DNA of 64,000 bases from Vicugna vicugna (lineage: Eukaryota). The notes below the pieces were generated by a model. It had not been told where the DNA came from. It ran no database searches and worked only from the letters and a program-made list of their open reading frames with translations. The stretch is taken from contig MU058037.1 of assembly GCA_013265495.1 (NCBI GenBank), forward strand, positions 1,861,498 to 1,925,497, given 5' to 3'. A program made the translations under genes and the position numbers. Of this stretch, positions 23,086 through 35,887 are shown in pieces; positions within the stretch are counted from its first letter, which is position 1; each line of letters starts with the position of its first letter.

Positions 23086-23999
23086 AATGTGATACAAAGT
23101 AGTAGTTGATATCATAGAAAAGGCTAGATGTTTATTAACTTAAATCCACAAACATTTATTTAATGCCTTTTATGGGTAAAACATTATGGTAATTGTTTTT
23201 AATATGTTCTTTTTCAAATATTCTATATAGATTCTCATAGTAAGCATGGTTTATTTATAGTCTGTATTTAATAATTCCAATATATAGAGTCATAGGTCTA
23301 TTTCTGTTGTTTGTTGATTCTGCATGTGTTCTTTTCCCTTTGTGTGCCTAATTGTCCTTGAGTATTTGCTGGTCATTGTACCTCAAAATAACATGTAGGA
23401 ATAGTTTAAGTCATAGGATGAAAGAAACTTTCTTCAGAAAGAACTTGCATTTGTTTCTCCCAAAAGCCTGGAGTTACTACCAGTCTAGGTTTACCTTAAT
23501 CCAAGTTCAATTATTAAAGTCCTTGGAGCACAAAGGTAACATTCCAGGCTGAAAGACAACTTACCCCTTCCTAGAGGATGTAGCATTTTGAGGTCATAGC
23601 TTTTTGTGGGGAGAGTCTCCTAATAGACCTCCCATCTTCTTCGGGCCTTAGGCTTTGATCTCTATGCTCTTAATCTTGTGAGACCATCAGAATAAACATT
23701 TTTATTTTATGGAAGTATCCAGTGCCCTCAGAGTAAAAGTGGCTTCCTTGTGCACTTAACTTTCTGGATTCCTGATTTATTTTCTTTCTGTTGTGAGCTA
23801 TTTTTGCTTTGTAAAAGAGTTTTTTAAAAACCTTCATTCAATATTTTTAGTTGGTTTCCTCTGGAGGGTTGCTCAGTATAAGCAAGTCTCCCATTACTGG
23901 AATTTAGAAATCTTTCTCAAGAAAACGATGTAGTTATGAAAGACCTTGTAAATAGTCACTGTGGAAGATAGAGGTGAAACCAAATAATTATAGTACAGG

Positions 24000-24262
24000 G
24001 CCTGCTAATCTTTCTGCCATCATCTCCTACAGTTTTACTTCACTCAAGTCACATGAACCTCTTATTCTTCCTCAAACATACCAATCTTAGTCCTGCCTCA
24101 GGGCTTTGGACTTGGTATTTCTTCTGTCTAGAACCCTCTTCTCTCAGATCTTTGGATAGCTTATGCCTGCTTGTAAGGGCCAATTCCTGTTGTTGCTCCT
24201 CCTTCCCGACATTAGAAGAAGCTTATTTTTTACTGTTTTACACTTATTACCATCTCTACTAC
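24000..24262 (+). mobile_element. L2 fragment
   Basis: ttcctcaaacatacc...cctgcctcagggctttggacttgg...tgtctagaaccctctt. Confidence 0.65.
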
Positions 24263-24709
24263 TGAGTGGGGAGAAAATGAAAGGACATAAACCTCAAATT
24301 AATTGATTTTAGTGAGATTAATAGGGCTGATGAGAAAAAGTAGTGGTAGAGGAAATTAAAACTAACATTTGAAATTTAAAACTTTTTAGATTTTCTTTGA
24401 TCAAGTAAAAAGGGATTTGACCCTGGTGCTACCACTATTTCTTAAGGTGGATTCAGTTTCCTCTTTTGCAAAATAAGTGGGTTGGATTTCTAGGTACATT
24501 TTCAACTCTAAAACTGCTTTATTAAACAATTTATATTATTTCTTAATGATCCAGGCTGGATAACATCAAGTGTTTTCAGTGGTTTCAGAATCTAAAAATC
24601 CATTTCCATGGAAAGCTTCCTTCAGGTATTTATATCTTAGGACTATATAACAACCCTGAGATGTTGAGTTCACAGGCTTCAGGACTTCTGGAACATTCTC
24701 AGTCAGATA

Positions 24710-25300
24710 TTTAAAGAGGAGTGCATATTTCAATCACCTAAGGGATTTTTTTCAAAATGCACATGCTTGGGCCCTGCCCATTCCAGACCTACTGAATGAG
24801 ATTTCCATAGTGTCAGGCTGGGTTCTCCAGAAACAGATGCTGAAATGGAGTTTTGAGTGCAGGATGTTTATCAGGGATTCATACCTGTGAAGGGAAGGTA
24901 TAGGAAATAGGATTGGGCAGAAGGAAATTGGCAGCAGCAGTGCAGGTCAGACAAACCTCAGCCAAGATAGCAGGGAGCTCTAGAGTGTGTACTGCCTTTG
25001 TGTCCCACATTGAGCTAAAATGGCCATTATACCTCTGCCTTACTCAGCCACTACAGGCAGGCTGCCCTGGGAAGAATGTGACCTAGGGTTAAAGGTCTGT
25101 CTGCAGCTGAGACAGACCATGAAGGAGCTGACTACTAGAGGCTGTCTGCCAACTGTGCTTCCTATGCCTGGGTGGCAAGCCCTTCCCTGAAGTGGAATCT
25201 GGGCAGTTCGTCTCCCACGCCAAGGATAAGGCCTAGGAGCATGGGTGATTTGATAAAGGTCACATGTAATTTTGATCCAGACTTCTGGTTCAAAACCATT
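24710..25300. mobile_element. MER5-family MITE split by an LTR
   Basis: caatcacctaaggg...ccagacctactgaatgagattt (left half) and ggcctagg...ggttcaaaaccattg (right half). Confidence 0.6.
24808..25222 (-). mobile_element. LTR16-family ERVL solo LTR
   Basis: caggctgggttctccagaaacagatgctga...gcagctgagacagaccatgaaggagctgac...ccttccctgaagtggaatctgggc. Confidence 0.75.
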
Positions 25301-26296
25301 GTTCTAAATGATTTCATGTCATTTTATAGGAAAGGTCATTAGGAAAGATGCTCCAGAAATCTCTCCCATTCTAGACAAATATAAAACAAGATGAAAAACC
25401 TCTAATGCATTCCTAATTCAAATCACAGAGAATTCTTAGTAACTAAGTTCAGTAACTTGAATTGAAAACAGAAGCGAAACAAAATGAATGTGGGAATATG
25501 AAGAATGCTTCTGTCACCACATTTGGTGCCAGCTGAAGGTTCTATAAAATCCTTGGAGACAGAGGTCAAAGCTACCGTCCCAGTACAAGCTGCACGTTAA
25601 AGGGATTGTTGGCTTCACCTTCGAGGTTCCCACAGTGAAGAAGTTTGCTTCTGAAAATTAGCTTGTTGACTGACTCCTTGAAGGTACCCTTTTGGAAACC
25701 AGCTGTCACTGATAATAGTGTTGGCAGATACTGTGGTGACTTCTGACAACCCATGCTTTCCCTTCTTCTTTCCTAATGTAGACTGTTGTCTGTGATGTGG
25801 GCATAGACTTACATACTGCTTTCAATTTTTCAGAGAATAAATTTGACTGTGTGGAAATATTTTTAGACTTTTATAGGAACTAATGAATTCATCTGTCTTC
25901 TTACCACTTCTCCTCTCTCCATCTCTCTCTTCTTTTCCTGTGTTTATTTTATATGAGTTCATACATTTTTCTGTTTGTGTTTTCATTATGGAAACATGGG
26001 CTATTAGGATAAAGTTTATTTACAATTGTAGTGTCTTCAATTATTTTGAAGTGTTTGTTGCATTGCAAGAAAGGCCTTTGCAAAGTCAATCAGTATTAGA
26101 CAGTGTTGCTAATATAATACAGTGATATCTGAGTACTTAATCATTGTTAAGTATTTGTTGCAAATGAAGCTATTGAATGAAGACAAGGATAATATAAAGT
26201 TGTTCCCGTCAATGAATCAGAAGTATAGAACTTCTCTGAAGGGTTTAGTTTCAACTTCACTTTTATAACAGTTACTATTCTTTTCTGACATACTTC

Positions 26297-26639
26297 TTAT
26301 TGAAGTATAGTTGACTTACACTATTATATTAGTTTCAGGTGTACAACATAGTAGTTCAATATTTTTGTAGGTTACGTTCCCTACAAAGTTATTATAAAAT
26401 ATTGACTATATTCCCTGTGCTGTACATTACATCCTTGTAACTTATTTTTTTATACCTAGTAATTTGTACCTCCTAATCCCCTTTGCCTATTCCGCCCCTC
26501 CCCTCACCCGTCTGGTAACCACTGGTTTGTTCTCTGTGAGTCTGTTTCTGTTTTGTCATATTTGTTCATTTTATATTTTAAATTCCATGCTTAGTGAAAT
26601 AAATCAGAGAAAGACAAATATTATATGTTTTCACTTATA
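26297..26639 (-). mobile_element. L1 3' end with 5' inversion (twin priming)
   Basis: Antisense 3' UTR 26297-26587, then sense-oriented atgcttagtgaaataaatcagagaaagacaaatattatatg...cacttata; flanks TCTGACAT at 26284-26291 and 26640-26647. Confidence 0.8.
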
Positions 26640-26869
26640 TCTGACATGTTTTTGCCCTTTTTTTTCCTCAAGTACTCTACACATTCATCTTAAAGGTAAT
26701 TTCATTTAAGTCTTAAGATGATAATATCTATATTCAATTCATGAGTGCCTCCAAATTCATGTACTCTATGGCTAGTTTAGTTATGGTAAGTAAAGTGAAA
26801 TCATTCTGACCACATTCTGCCTTCAAATAAGCCTTTTTATGGTTAGTAAAATTGGTTTTGCTGGTTAAG

Positions 26870-27790
26870 AGAAAGTATTGGTAAATATTCACTTGTTCTC
26901 CAAATGAGGGGAGATTTACAAGGATGAAAGCTATGTGAAAAAAATTATAAAGGAAAATAAATTTGACTGCATGAAAATTCCAAATTTCTACACAATGACA
27001 ATGAAAATCCACCATAAATTTAAATTAATGATAAAATACAAGTGCAAAAATATAATAAAGAACTAATGTGTTTTAATATATAAAAATGTTAATAAAACTA
27101 TGAGAGACACCAACTGTCCAGTAGACAATATGGACTATGGTCATGAACAAATCATGAAAGAGAAAAAAGTAACCCACAAACGGCCAATATATTTATGTGT
27201 GAAATGATAAACTGCATTAAAAAAAAAGAATGATAAGGTAATGAGATAATGATTTTGATCATGAAATTAGAGAAGAATGATCCAAGGTAATACTCCAAGT
27301 AGTCACTGGTGCTCTTGGAAGGGCATAGTCACACACTGCTCATGGGAGGATACACTGGGACAATCCTTTTGTAAAACAATTTTGCGAATGTGCTGAGAAT
27401 CTGAAATATGTCCCTACCCTTTCATTGAGGCATTTAACTTCTAAGAGTCTCTCCTAAGGAAACAATTGGATAGCCAGGCAAAGTTTTACAAAAGAAGATT
27501 TGTAATGGTATTGTTTATGATAGCAAAAATTTGGGAAATATCTTAAATGCCTAAGGATGTTGAAATTGTGACACATAATGGATTATTACATAGCCATTAA
27601 TAATCATGTTTCCAAATAATCCCAGTTATGTTAATTAGAACTAATATAAACAGAGAAAATTGCTCAGAATTTAATTTACCAAAATGTTAACTTCCTGTGA
27701 CTTAATTGTGAGTGATTTTTTTTAACACTCTTCTGTTTTCAGCAAGGAACATGTATTATTTCTGTCATCAAAAATGTTATTTAAATTAAA
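26870..27790 (+). mobile_element. Ancient L1 (L1ME-like) ORF2 end / 3' region
   Basis: atttgactgcatgaaaatt...cacactgctcatgggag...atggattattacatagccattaa. Confidence 0.6.
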
Positions 27791-29489
27791 CTTATGAATA
27801 CTTTAAAAATCTTGTAAAATTTATCACAATTCATCCTGCCAGACTGAACAAGCTTTCAGAATTCTGCTCCATGTTTTGCATTCTCCGCACCCCTACCCTC
27901 TGCTTTTTTTCTTTTCTTTGTGACTCAACCCTACCCCAAAAAAGCAGGTTGGTTCTCTTGTTGGGTAGAATATGCAGACCATTCTGTGGAGAGATGGTGG
28001 GATGTTAATGACTTACAATGTGGAAAACAGGGGAGCTTTCTTTCTTAAACACAGAAAATCCTGTGATGAGGTTCGTTTGATATCTGTACTAATTACACTC
28101 AAAGTAGTATTTCAGATCAGGCTGTGGAAGCTCATTCAAAACCTGATCATTTGCCCCAGTGTAGCTAGACTAGTTCAGGTGACTGAAGTCTCCCAAATCC
28201 TTACTGTATACTATTTCTGGATGTCCCATAGAAAATAGTCCAGGTTCCATGTTATCCACTCCATTCCATTTTCAAATGGGTCTGCGTTGCCAGTGCTTGT
28301 TGATGAAGAATTTGTCAAAGTTTGTTGTTTCAGTATTCTGTAGCAAAGAATACCAGTATGTTAGTCTCCAGAGCACCAGCAACTGAATGATAAACAATTC
28401 AAGTGTGTGGAAAGGCTTGCCGGGGTGGTAGCTTCTGCTTCTCCTTGGGGAACTCATTAAAAGCCTGAAAATGGTTGACAGTCTCTTAGAGCCTGGCTAC
28501 ACTAGCACTTCAACAACACTGAAATTTGTTCCCCCAATTCTCAGTCATCTGGGAAATGCCCTTTTGTGGAAATCTTCTACTAAGTAGACTCACCTTTCCA
28601 TTGGTGTGTTGTGATATTTAACTCTAATTCTTCTAACCGAACTGTTATAATAGATCTAGTTAGAGGCTGGATATAGCCCCCAAATCAGTGTTGAGTTCAA
28701 GAAAATAGGCTGGAGTCAGACATACCAAATACAGGATTCTAGGGAAAGCAGAAGCCACAAGTAAGATAATTACAAAAACACCTTACATTTATTGAGTGCT
28801 CAAAATGGTACCGTGCTAATATCTTTACATACATTATCTCATTCAAGTCTCCTAAACATCCTTAGAGAGAGAAGCTATAACGATCCCTATTTTACAAATG
28901 ATAAAGTTTGAACCCTAGTGATTTGATGCTCGAGGCTCTGCCCTTAACCATGAGATGAAAGAAAAATATATTTGAGAATGTAGAACCTGTGCTTGCCAAT
29001 CCAAGTTCAACAACTTCAGATTCCAGTCTTCAGAGAGTTTCTGGAAGTGTTACATTTTAGGTTCATAGACTTGAGCAGGCTGGTTACCTTCACTGGAAGG
29101 GAGAATCATGTATAAAAGACTCAAATGCTTGGCTATTCCTGCTGGTACTCCTCTACCTGCCGTGGCCAGCTGATCACCTCTGTGTCTAACCTGAATGTAT
29201 TTTACACAGCAGAGCAGTGGGAGACTCGGAGAAATGCAAAGGAAAATCCTTTCCCCACCATCCAAGCCTTCTAATACAAAATAGACCTAACCATTTTTCC
29301 TTTCAGTTCATCTAAGATGATCCCTAACATTCCTTGTGTATCTTTGAAATCATATGAATGTATGAAAATTCTTGCACTGAATGAAATCAAGTTCTTTGCC
29401 CTTGGGAGCTTGAAACTACATGTTTCAAAAGCCTAGAGAGTGTTTTGAGAGTAGTTAGAGCCAATTCGTAAGGTACTTGGTAGTTGCCC

Positions 29490-29690
29490 AGCACGCACAT
29501 TAATAAGTGCTTTACATAGTTTCATGTTTAATCCTCAAAACAACCCTACTAAACAGATGTGATCATCCCACATTTTACACATAAGGGACCTGAGACTTAG
29601 GGAGATTAAGTAACTTGTCCAAGGTCCCACGGCTAGCAAATTGGAGCTTGGGTCTCTTTGATTCTGAAGTCTCAATTTGGGACAACTATA
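29490..29690 (-). mobile_element. MIR SINE
   Basis: tttaatcctcaaaacaaccct...ctgagacttagggagattaagtaacttgtccaaggtc. Confidence 0.75.
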
Positions 29691-29697
29691 CCTACTT

Positions 29698-29864
29698 CAA
29701 GGCTCCTCAAACTTTAATGTGTGTAGGAAACACCAGAGAATCTTGTTAAAATGTAGATGTTTTGCTTTAGTAGGTCTTGAGTAGGGCTTCAGATTCTGTA
29801 CTTCTAACAAGTTCCCTGCTGTGGCTGATGCTTCTGGTCTTGGGACCGTCACTTGAATAGCAAG
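29698..29864. mobile_element. MER5A1-like MITE
   Basis: ctcaaactttaatgtg...cttgttaaaatgtagat...tctaacaagttccc...cacttgaatagcaag. Confidence 0.7.
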
Positions 29865-31149
29865 TCTTCACCTCTTCCCCGTAAAGGGAAAGTCCAGACT
29901 TTTGGTAATTTACTACTTCAGGTTAGAGGTGAACAAGGGAACTTTTCCTAATTTGTCATTGTGAATAAAAGGAAATATTAATATAAAAACAGCAGTAGCT
30001 GAACAAGTCAAACACTATTCTAAGCACTTTACATGTCATATCCTGTTTAATCCACTCAACAACCCTTAGAGGTAGATAATGTTACTATCGCCTTTTACAG
30101 ATGGGGAAAATGGATCACAGAGTAATCAATGGATATATTTTGTTCCCTAACCTCTTCTTGCTCTTCCCCATTCACATATTTTCTCAATTCCTGAAATTCC
30201 TTAGAGATTCATTCCCTTGTTTCCATTCAAAAAGCAATCCCCTGAAGGAAGGTAATACACTGCTTTTCATTTATTTATACTTTAGTCTCTTTTTTCTAAT
30301 GGAAGAGTAGGGAGGAAACAAAGTACAAAATATATGAGGACCTTGAGTTCCAAAAGAAGGGAAACAAAAAAGGGAAAAGAGAGACTGAGTCTCTAATGAA
30401 GCTTGGCACTACTTGCTTTCCAGGTTACAGTATGAGCCCTGATGGCTTCACCCACACGTATTCCAAAGCTGAAGCCATTGGTTGTTTTAGGATAAGAAAT
30501 AAAATTAAGTTGTGGATTTATTAGCTATGCAGAGATCACCATGGAGACAACCAAAAGAACTCTTACCATGGAGACCTCTCCCTACCCCTCTCTGCCTGAA
30601 ATGATCAGTACATCACATAAACAGACACAGAAATAAATTTGGGAGGGAAGACTACAAAGCAAGCAGGCTGGAGTCCCGGAAGGACTGGTGTTAGGGTGAA
30701 TTAACAATCCAGAGAAAATGTCTAAGGTTGCTGTTCCAAAGTCACATGTTTCTGGGTGCTGTGTAGTTTCTTCAGGGAAGAAGAGAAATTTCCAGAGCTT
30801 AGTTTATGTCAGCATGGCCTGATTGAAGGAGAGTCAACTTAGAAACCACTGTACCAACTCTAACCCTGTAGTACAAGGAAAGAACCTCTAATGAGGCTCT
30901 TCTGACTACAAGGGCATCACCATGGCAGTACGACTCCTGGTCCACTCCCCTGTGTCATCAACATAATGGTGAAATAAAAAAAACATGAGGAGACAGAAAC
31001 CTTGGTAATGTGGATTTTTGTCAAGCAGCTCTGACCCCAAATAAGTGTCCTCTCAGAGAATAGACTCTACAACATGCAGCAATTTGTCTTCAGTGGATAC
31101 TTAACAAACATTTTCTGGTTTTTGTGTAAAGAGAGCATGGAAATAATTT

Positions 31150-31578
31150 TATCATAGGTGTAGCTCTCCAGGAAACAGACTTTGAGATGAAGTTCAACAT
31201 GCAAAATATTTATTAGAGAGTGCCTGGGGGCACTAAGGGAAGGGGGCAGGGCTTGGAAAGAGGGAGAAGTTAAGATGCAAAGCAGGCCCAACACCAGCCA
31301 TGGTATCCCTTACAGATAGCCCTGAAACTAGGACGGCCCTTCAGAGTTGTTCCAGGTTGGGTGAAGATGGCCAGATCTTTTTACCCTTGCATTGATTCTT
31401 CATTGGATGTGGGTCATCGGGTAAAGGGAGTGATATCGGGCCAGATGGCTCTTTGCAGCTGAGGCACCCATGAAGGGGCTGACAGCTGAAGGCTGCCTGC
31501 CAACAGCGCTGCCAGCAGCTGAGCAACAAGCTCTTCACTGAAGGGAAATCAGGGTGGCACATCACAGTGTGAACCACA
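31150..31578 (-). mobile_element. LTR16C-like ERVL solo LTR
   Basis: ccaggaaacagactttgagatg...ggcccttcagagttgttcc...gaaggggctgacagctgaaggctg...gcacatcacagtgtgaaccaca. Confidence 0.8.
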
Positions 31579-32999
31579 AATAGTAGTGATTTCAAAGTAT
31601 CAAGAGCTCCAAAGTCAGATAAGTGAGATTTGACTTTTACTTCTAAATTAAGAAAACCTCTTTCTGATTTATAAACTGCTTCCTGGGGTAAATATTTCAG
31701 AGATTCTGCTAAGTATGAGAAGTCATTTCACTGATCTTAGTATTCAGAAAATTAATAAGAAGAAATGCATTTTTATCCCTTACTCTGAATAAAAACCAAA
31801 TAGATTACTCTTTCCAAGTTTTACAGTGTACATATGTGTTTAAATGTCAGTGTGTATTTTTTTCCATTCTCTTAGTGACTCAGGAAAAGGTGCAAAAAGG
31901 TTTAAATAATGAATTACTGTATGGGTAATATACTCATTCATTCATTTAGCAAATATTTACTGAGCATCCATTATATGTCACAGCACTTCACTAGCCATTG
32001 CATCTACATAATTAGTAATAATGTAGAACCTGACTGAATAATTATGCTAAAACAAACTCTGAAAGAGGAGGAATAGAGGTGGGTAGAAAACACAGGTAGG
32101 AAGGAGCATTTGCTTCTTCCAGTTTTCTTTTTCTGCTTGCCATTTGGTAAAGAAGAAATGGGCATGAGCAGTCTTAGCAGATAAAGGTAAATGAGAAAAA
32201 CAACCATCAACTTCATTTTTTAATCAATTCTTTATTACATCCCTTCTGTCATTTTGGTTCCCTTTTTTAGGTGGCTGTCCTTCTCTAGGGGGTTAATAGA
32301 CTTCATTAGGTTCTTCCACTGTTTATGGAATGCTCTTCCATAATTAACAAACTTAAATTGGCCTGGAATGATGGTTATTACTGTGCTGGATGACATCTAA
32401 CGACACCAGTAGCAGAGATTGGAGAAAAGTATATCCCTTCTTTCAGTATGGCTGTAACAATTTGGAAAGACTAAGGACTCTCATCTTTAGCAATGTGAGG
32501 ATTTTGCTGAAAGAGTTTCCTAAATTGGGAGACGGACGCCCGACAGCTTCTTGGATTAAAGAGATTAAGGGCACCATTGTCAGTTTGTGTTTACACTCTT
32601 GAGCAAGCAACTGAATTCAACAGGAAGCAAGACATCTTGAGGATATTTGTTGGTATCCCAGGGAGAAGATTTCACCCAGAGTTTGTACCAACCCAAACAG
32701 AATAAATCTTTACAAAACAGCCTCTAATAATATTTTATTTACTCCACTTCTGAATGCCATACAAAATAGATTTGCTTTCTTTCCTTAATTGACTTTCATG
32801 TACCTTTGACCCATTCTTACCAAGACATCTTTCTCCTTGGTATTTACCCTTCTTTATTTTTTATTGAAGCTTGAAAGTTATTTTAAAGTAAATCTCCTTA
32901 CCTTTGTAAAGAGTTGTAGAAAACTGGTTCAACTGGTTCTCTCCTCAAGAACTCTTGAGACACAGGTAGTAGCTGAAAATTGACTAAAACTTTAGAGTC

Positions 33000-33142
33000 T
33001 TAGACCAGCAGCATCAGTATCACCTGGGAACTTATTAGAAACGCAGTATCTCAGGTCCTGCCTCAGAACTCCTGAGTCATAATCTGCATTTTAGTAAGAT
33101 CCTAAAGTGAGTCCTGTGCACAGCAAAGTCTAGGAGGCACTG
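33000..33142. mobile_element. MER5A fragment
   Basis: gaccagcagcatcagtatcacctgggaacttattagaaa. Confidence 0.75.
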
Positions 33143-34679
33143 ATTTATAGCATTTGTCAAAAAGTCCTTCCTCTATAGCTAAATTAAAAACACAGAACAG
33201 TGAGATACTTAATTTTCTTCCCCAAGTCTCTGTTCTTGGGCTAATAACATTGTAACCAGTTTGGGATACAAAAGAATTACCAGATGAAGGACCTCTCATA
33301 ATATATAGCTCACAGAGGTCAAAGAGACCATCTAAAATGGAGTCAAACTTTTGGAAAAGCTGAAATAGAACTTTTCATGTGTTCCTTCTTCAAAGGGCTT
33401 AATTGGAGAAAAATATCTAAGAAATATATTACAGATGCAAAAATCTTTAAAACAGAACCAGAGGAAAACATTTTGGAAATGGTTTTAAAATGACTCTGAT
33501 AAAAATGTATGAAACTTGAACTGTTTCCCCATGAAAAGAGTGCAGCTGGAGGCAGCATTTACAGCTGGCAGGGAAGAAGCTTAGCTAGTCAGGGCAAACT
33601 TGCCCAATTTTACATCCATTATTATTACATTATGTTCATTTAGAGAAACATTAAATGTTCCTCTTTGTAACTTGTCTTTGCCAACTCTTTAGATATGAAA
33701 GGATATTTAGTATATCTATCAGAACATGAAATAATACTCATGAAATGTAATCTCCAAGTTGGTCAGCAGCAGCTGGCCTAACAAGTCCTGCTAAAACATT
33801 TGAGTTTCCTGTCTCCACCCTGAACTCAAGCAGGTGGCAGGTCAGCAGCAGTGGTGACAACTGGCTACTGAAGGGGGCATAAGTCCAAAATGAAGAACAT
33901 CGATCACATTCCTTGCTGTGGAGGACCAGAGACCTATTGTGCTTTTCCAACATGATCACAAGCAGTTTTTTAGGTACTGCAGGCAGGTGGAATGAAGGAC
34001 TCTTAGATGAACCATTGCCAACAACAAAAATTCTGATTACATGTAGACAGAATAACAAGTGATGCAAGTAAAGCTCAATGGAAACAATAGGTTCCAAAAC
34101 GGAGCCCTCTATTCTAAAGGATCATGCTCTCTGACCTGTGAATCAATTTTTCCTGTTTTGCTCCTTAGTAAATTGGACAGTTGTAATGTTTACTTTATAG
34201 AAGGGAGAAGGCAGGTTAGATGATTTGCTCACATTTGCACAGCTTACCAATAGAAAAGAAAGTTGAATTTGAGCTCTTTGATTGCTGTCCAATGGGCTGA
34301 TACACTTTATTATGCACATTAACACATTTGAAGCAACTTGCTCACAACTTTTTTAATGTAGAATTTAATGATCTCTTTGATGCTGTTTACCAGTTGCTTC
34401 AAATGTGTTGTTGTTTCACAAGCATTCTCCCCAGCTAGATGCCAAGTATCTTGCGGACAGGCCTGGGCATATTTTATGTGTTCAGCGAATGCTGATTGAA
34501 TAATTACCAGGGAAAGATGAAACATTTGGAACATAATGGAGCTGGGGAGAAAGATACAGCTCTCAGAAGTTGCATCCAGCCATTTAAATTGAGAGCACAA
34601 TATCATAGAATATTATATTTGGAAGGGTCCCCAGAGGTGATCTTACCTAACCTTTTACCTATCAAGGAATATCTTCTTT

Positions 34680-35021
34680 TTTATCTTCTAGGTTTATTGA
34701 GATATAATTGACATACAGCACTGTATAAATTGGAGTACAGCGTAATGATTAGACTAACATATATCATGAAATGATGACCACAGTAAGTTTAGTGAACATC
34801 CATCATCTCATATAGTTACAGTATTAAAGAAATAGAAAAAACTTTTTTCCTTGTGATGAGAACTCTCAGGATTTACTCTCTTAATGATTTTCGTATATAG
34901 CACACAGCAGTGTTAATCATACTTAACAAGTTGTACATTCCATCCCTAGCACTTATTTATCTTCCAACTGGAAGTTTGTACCCTTCGACCACCTTCAGCC
35001 AATTTGCCCTCCCTCCACCTG
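34680..35021 (-). mobile_element. L1 (L1MA9-like) 3' end
   Basis: tttattgagatataattgacatacagcactgtataa...ctggaagtttgtaccctt; TSD AGGAATA(T/C)CTTCTTT at 34665-34679 and 35022-35036. Confidence 0.85.
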
Positions 35022-35249
35022 AGGAATACCTTCTTTAGAGCTCTTCATTGGCAGCTATCTAGTTTTGCTTAAGTATCTCCACTGTTGTGGAGCTTGTCTC
35101 CAATCAGGTCTGCTGTTAGACTGATCCATTCCTTAAGTTTTTCTTTGTCAGCTGAACAATTATCTATTGAACAACTGTGTCTCAGATGGTATGCTAGCTG
35201 TCAGAAATACCAAGAAGAATAAGTCAACTTCTCTCTCGTGTAAAGCCCA

Positions 35250-35588
35250 AATGGGTGTCGCTGTTCAGTAGGCAGCTCCCTTCCAAGTGTTGTTTTATGG
35301 ATACAATCTCCTTCCATCTTGTGGCTCTGCCGTGCTCAACTTGCTGTGTCCAAATTTTCCATGCTCATTGCTGCAAACAAGAAGTGATGGAAGGGGCATG
35401 AAGGATGTGTGTGGGAGTCATTAGGAGTTAAGCCTGAAAGTGATGCACTTCACTTCTGCTCATATTCCTTTGCTAGATCTCAGTCACAGGTCTACATCTA
35501 ACATCAAGGGAGGCTGGGAAGAGTTGTCTAGCTGTAGGCCCAGAAAGAAGAAAAAGATTTGGTCATTGGCTAGCAGTTTCTGCCACAG
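35250..35588 (-). mobile_element. MLT1-family (J/K-like) LTR fragment
   Basis: ccttccatcttgtggctctgcc...cacttctgctcatattcc...aagggaggctgggaa...ctgccaca. Confidence 0.65.
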
Positions 35589-35703
35589 TTGCTCTCATTA
35601 TGCACAATTTTTAGATGAGGTGGTAATGGCACGCTCCAAAGATGATGCAGGTGTAAATAATAAGCCAGGATTCAGACTTGGGTGATCTGGCACTAGAGCT
35701 CTC

Positions 35704-35887
35704 CAGTGCTTCTTAATATGTGGCTCCCAGGCCAGTAGCATCAGCATCACCTGGGAACTTATTAGAAATGCACAAAATTGGGCCTCACCCTAGACCTACT
35801 AAATCAAAAGTGGTGAGATGGGGCCCAGCAATCTATGCTTTAACAAGGCCTTTCTGACCGTCTCATACACATGTTTGAGAACCACTG
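35704..35887. mobile_element. MER5A MITE
   Basis: cagtgcttctt...cagcatcacctgggaacttattagaaatgca...tttgagaaccactg. Confidence 0.85.

Noticed and set aside
25541..25754. TATA box or coding exon around the 60-aa minus ORF
   Set aside because: Isolated TATAAAA, weak splice donor, and no recognisable peptide in any frame.
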